Of a stretch of DNA of 64,000 nucleotides, positions 59,113-64,000 are shown piece after piece (position 1 is the first letter of the stretch; each line of letters starts with the position of its first letter). This stretch comes from an uncultured Candidatus Saccharibacteria bacterium. GTDB lineage: Bacteria; Patescibacteriota; Minisyncoccia; Phycocordibacterales; UBA3531. The DNA lies in the NCBI GenBank assembly GCA_964361405.1, contig CAYIAA010000004.1, forward strand, positions 10,508 through 74,507. Reading direction: 5' to 3'. The notes beneath the pieces were generated by a model, which saw only the letters and a list, made by a program, of their open reading frames with translations, ran no database searches and was not told where the DNA came from. Both the position numbers and the translations under genes were made by a program.

Positions 59113-59724
59113 ATGCGAACAGGACCAAAATATAAAATTTGTCGACGTCTTGGAGAAGGAGTCTACGAACAGTGTCAGACCCCCAAGTTTCAGATATCAA
59201 AAAGCAAAAAAGTGGGAAAGAAGCCGCGCAAGTTCTCCCGGCAGAAAACGGAATATGGAGTCCAACTTCTTGAAAAACAAAAGACTCGTTTCACCTATGG
59301 CGTCACGGATCGTCAGCTTTCAAATTATGTTGGACGAGCGCGGGAAGGAAAGAAGCCGCCGCTCGGGGCCCTCTATCAAATGCTTGAGCGGAGACTTGAT
59401 AATGTTGTCTTAAAACTCGGCCTTGCTCCCACACGAGCGGCGGCGCGTCAGATGGTTAGCCACGGTCACGTAACGGTTAACGGGAAACGCATGTCCATCC
59501 CATCTTACGAAGTTGTTCTCGGTGACCGCGTAGCTATTCGGGAAGCGAGCCGCGCGAAACTTTTCTCGGATACCGCCAAAGAACGCATGGAATCACTCCG
59601 CACTCCGTCATGGCTTCTGCGCGCCGAAGATACCGGTGGAAAAGTAGTGCGTTTACCGGAGGAACCGGAGGGTGAATTCGTCGCCGACCTTTCGAGGGTG
59701 CTTGAGTTTTATAGCAGGGTTTAA
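59113..59724 (+). CDS. rpsD: 30S ribosomal protein S4
   Basis: 'EYGVQLLEKQK', 'LERRLDNVV', 'ARQMVSHGH', 'EFYSR'. Confidence 0.96.
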   Translation: MRTGPKYKICRRLGEGVYEQCQTPKFQISKSKKVGKKPRKFSRQKTEYGVQLLEKQKTRFTYGVTDRQLSNYVGRAREGKKPPLGALYQMLERRLDNVVLKLGLAPTRAAARQMVSHGHVTVNGKRMSIPSYEVVLGDRVAIREASRAKLFSDTAKERMESLRTPSWLLRAEDTGGKVVRLPEEPEGEFVADLSRVLEFYSRV

Positions 59725-59749
59725 TTAGAAGTTAGCCAATTACACTACT

Positions 59750-60715
59750 ATGCCAGACGATAAAGTAATCGTACCATCAAAACCCCGGGTCGTAAGCGAG
59801 GATGATTTTAAAGGAATTTATGAAATTGACGGGCTTTACCCCGGATATGGGCACACGCTCGGGAATTCTTTGCGGAGAATTATTCTCTCATCGCTTCCGG
59901 GCGCGGCGGTTACCACGGTCAAAATCGAAGGGGTGAGCCATGAGTTCTCGATTATTCCCGGTGTGAAGGAAGACGTCATCATGATTATTCTGAATTTGAA
60001 AAAGGTCCGATTCAAAATGACGGGCGATGAACCGCAACACGTAACACTTGATGTTTCTGGCATTATTGATGTTACGGCAAAAGACCTTAAAATCCCCGGG
60101 CAGATCGAAGTGGCAAACCCCGACCAGCACATTGCCTCACTCACCGACAAAAACGCCAAACTTTCCTTTGAACTTACCATTGAACGCGGTATCGGCTATG
60201 TGCCGAAGGAAGTTATTCACCAAGACAAGGTTGATATTGGCGTTATCCCTGTTGACGCAGTCTTTACCCCGATTCGGCGGGCGAATTATGAAGTTGAGAA
60301 CATGCGCGTCGGAAATAGGACGGACTTCAACACACTTCGAATCATAATCGAAACTGACGGTATTATCTCACCCCGCGAAGCTCTCGAGCGCTCTATCGCA
60401 ACAATGATTAATCAGCTCAAGGCGATTATCGGATTTAGCGATAAGACCGAAATAGAAGCACCTCTCTCAACCGACGATACCGAAGCGGACACAACTATGG
60501 AGAAAGGTCGCGTGGAGGATGTGCTGAAAACACGCGTTGAGGACCTCAATTTCTCCATGCGCACAATGAAAGCGCTTTCTCAAGCTGGCATCAGAACAAT
60601 CGGGGGGCTTGCGCGGAAAAACGAAGTGGACCTTCTTGATATCAGCGGTCTTGGAGAGAAAGGGCTCCAGGAAATAAAGCGAATACTCAGTAATTTCGGT
60701 ATCACACTGAAGTAA
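59750..60715 (+). CDS. rpoA: RNA polymerase alpha subunit
   Basis: 'GYGHTLGNSLRRIILSS', 'HEFS.IPGVKED', alpha-CTD 'GLGEKGL.EI'. Confidence 0.97.
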   Translation: MPDDKVIVPSKPRVVSEDDFKGIYEIDGLYPGYGHTLGNSLRRIILSSLPGAAVTTVKIEGVSHEFSIIPGVKEDVIMIILNLKKVRFKMTGDEPQHVTLDVSGIIDVTAKDLKIPGQIEVANPDQHIASLTDKNAKLSFELTIERGIGYVPKEVIHQDKVDIGVIPVDAVFTPIRRANYEVENMRVGNRTDFNTLRIIIETDGIISPREALERSIATMINQLKAIIGFSDKTEIEAPLSTDDTEADTTMEKGRVEDVLKTRVEDLNFSMRTMKALSQAGIRTIGGLARKNEVDLLDISGLGEKGLQEIKRILSNFGITLK

Positions 60716-60716
60716 C

Positions 60717-61070
60717 ATGCGTCACCACCGGTCAAAAAGTAAATTGGGAAGAAAGAGTGGGCCTCGAAGAGCGCTCTTGAAGAGCCTTGCTCGAAACCTG
60801 ATACTTGCAGGTTCTATTACGACCACTGAATCTCGGGCCAAGGAACTTCGGCCATTCCTCGAAAAACTAACGACGCGCGCCCGGGGTGCTGACATTCACT
60901 CACGGCGGATTCTAGAGGCGCGGCTTGGCGATACTGATGCAGTGCGTATCCTTATTGAAAAAATAGCGCCGAAGTTTGATATGGTTTCCGGAGGATACCT
61001 TCGCATTACAAAACTCGGAATGCGCAAAAGCGACGGGAGTCGGAGAGCTGTTATTTCGTTCACTCGCTAA
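60717..61070 (+). CDS. rplQ: 50S ribosomal protein L17
   Basis: 'MRH....KLGR', 'ITTT..RAKE', 'GGYLRI.K...R..DG'. Confidence 0.95.
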   Translation: MRHHRSKSKLGRKSGPRRALLKSLARNLILAGSITTTESRAKELRPFLEKLTTRARGADIHSRRILEARLGDTDAVRILIEKIAPKFDMVSGGYLRITKLGMRKSDGSRRAVISFTR

Positions 61071-61081
61071 AATTGCTACGT

Positions 61082-61438
61082 ATGGATACCAAGACTCATT
61101 ACGAATTTGATGCAACAGGGAAATCGCTTGGACGTCTCGCGAGTACGGTGGCTTCCATCCTTTCGGGTAAGGCCGACCCCACGTCAAAGCCGAACCTTGT
61201 CACCAATGTCAAAGTGGTGATAAAAAATGCACAGCATCTCGCGGTCAGTGAAAAAGCAAAGAGGGAAAAAACATACACACGCTATACCGGCTATCCGGGT
61301 GGCTTGAAACATAAAAGCTTATCTCAAGTAGCCGAGCAACACGGTTATAGCGAAATACTTCGACGGGCAGTGCAAGGAATGCTTCCGCGAAACCGGCTCC
61401 GGGGGACCAAGATGAAAAATCTCGTAATTTCGGAATAA
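61082..61438 (+). CDS. rplM: 50S ribosomal protein L13
   Basis: 'DA.GKSLGRLAS', 'YTGYPGGLK', 'V.GMLP.N'. Confidence 0.93.
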   Translation: MDTKTHYEFDATGKSLGRLASTVASILSGKADPTSKPNLVTNVKVVIKNAQHLAVSEKAKREKTYTRYTGYPGGLKHKSLSQVAEQHGYSEILRRAVQGMLPRNRLRGTKMKNLVISE

Positions 61439-61449
61439 TTATATCGACT

Positions 61450-61872
61450 ATGGAAACTGTAAAAACCAAACAAGGAAGTAACGCGCGATACACTGAGGCA
61501 GTCGGCAAGCGGAAGACGTCGATTGCCCGCGTCCGGATAGTACCTGCCCGACAGACGGAAATTACTGTGAATGGTAAACCTTTTAACGAATATTTCCGTA
61601 CGGATGAACTTCAGCACATTGTCACCGATTTTATTTCGCCTCCATATTTCGACTCTGCGCTGAAAGTGAGCGCGCGGATAACGGGAGGAGGAATCCACTC
61701 TCAAGGTGAAGCCTTGCGGCACGGCCTTGTCCGCGCACTTATCGTGCTTCATCCTGAATTGCGAATCCGGTTAAAAAAAGTCGGAGCTCTTACCCGAGAC
61801 GCGCGAATCAAAGAACGGAGAAAGTTCGGGCACAAGAAAGCCCGGAAGTCTCCACAATGGTCAAAACGGTAG
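61450..61872 (+). CDS. rpsI: 30S ribosomal protein S9
   Basis: 'GKRKTSIARV', 'GGG..SQ', 'LTRD.R.KER.K.G..KARK.PQWSKR'. Confidence 0.96.
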   Translation: METVKTKQGSNARYTEAVGKRKTSIARVRIVPARQTEITVNGKPFNEYFRTDELQHIVTDFISPPYFDSALKVSARITGGGIHSQGEALRHGLVRALIVLHPELRIRLKKVGALTRDARIKERRKFGHKKARKSPQWSKR

Positions 61873-61878
61873 AAAGAT

Positions 61879-62463
61879 ATGCATCTCCGTCATGGCGGAA
61901 AAGGGGACGAAGGCCTGCCTGCCGATAGGCATGGCGAGGAGAGCGAAATTGAGATTTCGCCTGAAGATAGCGACCACACCGAAGCGCTCCACGCGCTCAA
62001 AGAAAAACTTGCGCGTTGTCTCCTCGAACGGCAGGAATATCTCGATGGTTGGCAACGCTCGCGTGCAGATTTTATCAATGCCCGTAAAGATGACGAGGCA
62101 CTCCGAGGGAGAATCTCCGAAGGAGCGAAGAGCGATGTCGTCCGCGAAATGCTCCCTGTGCTTGATGCCGTAGAGTTAGCGATACATGACGTGGAGTCAT
62201 GGGCCAAGCTTCCTCCGGCATGGCAGAAAGGGATAGAAGGGATACATGCGGCCATTCTCGGAGCGTTTGAGCGCTCTGAAGCACTTCTTTTTTCCGACCA
62301 AGGTCAACCCTTCGACCCAAGCCGTCACCAGTCGATAGGCGTTGAGGCTGTAACTGATAGAAAGCTTGACGGGATCATTACATATGTTGTACAAAAAGGA
62401 TGTAGTATCGGCGGAAAAGTGATACGGCCAGCCCATGTCAAGGTTGGTGAATACCGGGATTAG
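61879..62463 (+). CDS. grpE: Nucleotide exchange factor GrpE
   Basis: 'ADFINARK', 'LPVLD', 'FDP..H', 'QKG....KVIRPA.V.V'. Confidence 0.92.
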   Translation: MHLRHGGKGDEGLPADRHGEESEIEISPEDSDHTEALHALKEKLARCLLERQEYLDGWQRSRADFINARKDDEALRGRISEGAKSDVVREMLPVLDAVELAIHDVESWAKLPPAWQKGIEGIHAAILGAFERSEALLFSDQGQPFDPSRHQSIGVEAVTDRKLDGIITYVVQKGCSIGGKVIRPAHVKVGEYRD

Positions 62464-62522
62464 GGGACCAAAATCGACAAGTGAGTAAAAAAGATTTACC
62501 ATAACGTTATAAATGAAATAGT

Positions 62523-64000
62523 ATGCCAAAAATCATAGGAATTGACCTTGGAACGACGAACTCCGCAATGGCTTTGATCGAAGGTGGGGTTCCGAAGATT
62601 ATCGAAAACGCAGAAGGTGCCCGGACCACCCCATCAATTGTCGCGACCTCGAAAGGAGGAGAGCGCATCGTTGGGCTTCTCGCGAAGCGTCAGGCAATTA
62701 CGAATCCCGCGAATACAATCCACGGGATCAAGCGCTTTATGGGTCACCCTTTTGACGACAAAAATGTCGAACGAGACCGTGGCATGGCGACCTTTGTGAT
62801 CGAACGGGCTGACACGGGCGGCGTCAAAGTAAAAATGGGCGATAAGTTTTTCCGACCGGAGGAAGTTTCGGCGATGATTCTTCAAAAGCTGAAAACTGAC
62901 GCGGAAGCAAAGCTTGGAGAAAAGATAGAAGAAGCGGTGATTACCGTCCCCGCGTACTTTGACGATTCTCAAAGACAAGCAACAAAACATGCGGGCGAAA
63001 TCGCGGGATTTAACGTCAAACGCATCATCAACGAACCGACGGCTGCGGCGCTTGCGTACGGGTTCAATAAAAAGAAGAACGAAAAAATCGCCGTGTATGA
63101 TTTTGGTGGCGGGACTTTCGATATATCAATTCTTGAAATCGGATCCGAAGGCGATGAGCAAAGTATTGAAGTTCGGTCAACCGATGGTGACTCGCATATG
63201 GGCGGAGAGGATATCGATCATGACATCATCAAGTGGATCGCAACGGAATATAAAAAGGAATCGGGCATCGATATTTTGAAAGACCAGCTTGCCCTCCAGC
63301 GCTTAAAAGAGGCGGCCGAGAAAGCGAAGCATGAGCTCTCAAGCACGACCGAAACGGAAATCAATATTCCTTTCATCACTTCGGACGCCGCGGGGCCGAA
63401 GCATCTCTTGATGAAGTTCACGCGTGCAAAACTCGAAGATATCGCGGCTCCCTACGTGAACCGCTCCGTTGAGATTACGAAGCGTGCCATTGAAGCGTCC
63501 GGTTTTAAAACCTCGGACATTAACGAGGTAATCCTGGTCGGCGGACAGACCAGAATGCCCGCCATTCAGGATGCGGTGAAAAGTGTGTTCGGAAAAGAGC
63601 CAAACCGCTCCATTAACCCCGATGAAGTGGTCGCTATCGGAGCCGCCGTACAAGCGGGGATTTTCCAAGGGGATGTGAAAGACGTGCTCCTCCTTGATGT
63701 CACTCCGCTCTCTCTCGGTATTGAGACGTTGGGAGGCGTTGCAACGAAGCTAATCGAGAAAAATACGACCATACCTGCGGCGAAAACCCAGGTGTTCTCG
63801 ACTGCCGCAGATAACCAAACGTCGGTGGAAATCCATGTGGTGCAAGGAGAGCGTGAAATGTCCGCGGATAATAAAACACTCGGCCGCTTTGTTTTGGACG
63901 GTATCTTGCCCGCTCCGCGCGGCATGCCGCAAGTGGAAGTGACCTTCGATATCGATGCAAACGGTATTTTGAGCGTAAAGGCAAAAGATAAAACATCGGG
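62523..64000 (+). CDS. dnaK: Chaperone DnaK, 3'-partial
   Basis: [14 protein letters not shown], 'EGARTTPS', 'TVPAYF', 'DFGGGTFD', '[10 protein letters not shown]'; runs off the window. Confidence 0.97.
   Translation, partial: MPKIIGIDLGTTNSAMALIEGGVPKIIENAEGARTTPSIVATSKGGERIVGLLAKRQAITNPANTIHGIKRFMGHPFDDKNVERDRGMATFVIERADTGGVKVKMGDKFFRPEEVSAMILQKLKTDAEAKLGEKIEEAVITVPAYFDDSQRQATKHAGEIAGFNVKRIINEPTAAALAYGFNKKKNEKIAVYDFGGGTFDISILEIGSEGDEQSIEVRSTDGDSHMGGEDIDHDIIKWIATEYKKESGIDILKDQLALQRLKEAAEKAKHELSSTTETEINIPFITSDAAGPKHLLMKFTRAKLEDIAAPYVNRSVEITKRAIEASGFKTSDINEVILVGGQTRMPAIQDAVKSVFGKEPNRSINPDEVVAIGAAVQAGIFQGDVKDVLLLDVTPLSLGIETLGGVATKLIEKNTTIPAAKTQVFSTAADNQTSVEIHVVQGEREMSADNKTLGRFVLDGILPAPRGMPQVEVTFDIDANGILSVKAKDKTS

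Noticed and set aside
62464-62522. CIRCE operator before dnaK
   Set aside because: No TTAGCACTC-N9-GAGTGCTAA match here or before grpE

Overview
Bacterial chromosome segment (~50% GC, TGA used as stop) whose gene content points to a Patescibacteria/CPR (Parcubacteria-like) genome; this is inferred from compact uvrC and alaS, a type IV minor-pilin cluster, DUF5671/5674/5679-like genes and many apparently leaderless genes. In order it carries: a MacAB-like ABC exporter; a copper/metal cluster around a P1B ATPase; tgt; uvrB-protease-uvrA and uvrC-ddl; five intact tRNAs (Ala TGC/CGC/GGC, Val CAC, Pro CGG); pilins; an L,D-transpeptidase/D,D-carboxypeptidase fusion; ilvE; a 1521-aa surface protein; grx-trxB-ROK; ychF; a HicBA-like pair; leuS, mltG, mnmA and alaS; the infA-rpmJ-rpsM-rpsK-rpsD-rpoA-rplQ-rplM-rpsI block; grpE and partial dnaK. 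The most unusual signal is non-coding and centred on tRNA loci: (i) a small GIY-YIG nuclease gene enclosed by a perfect 22-bp inverted repeat that runs into tRNA-Ala(TGC); (ii) an intact tRNA-Pro nested inside a split, degenerate copy of itself, each layer closed by its own perfect inverted repeat; (iii) an array behind tRNA-Ala(GGC) of duplicated tRNA 3' ends alternating with covarying structured modules; (iv) three families of 20-30 bp palindromes, several sitting in frame in essential genes (mnmA, leuS, alaS, grpE). Together these suggest a tRNA-targeted, hairpin-based mobile system. All family calls come from motif recognition by eye; no searches were run.
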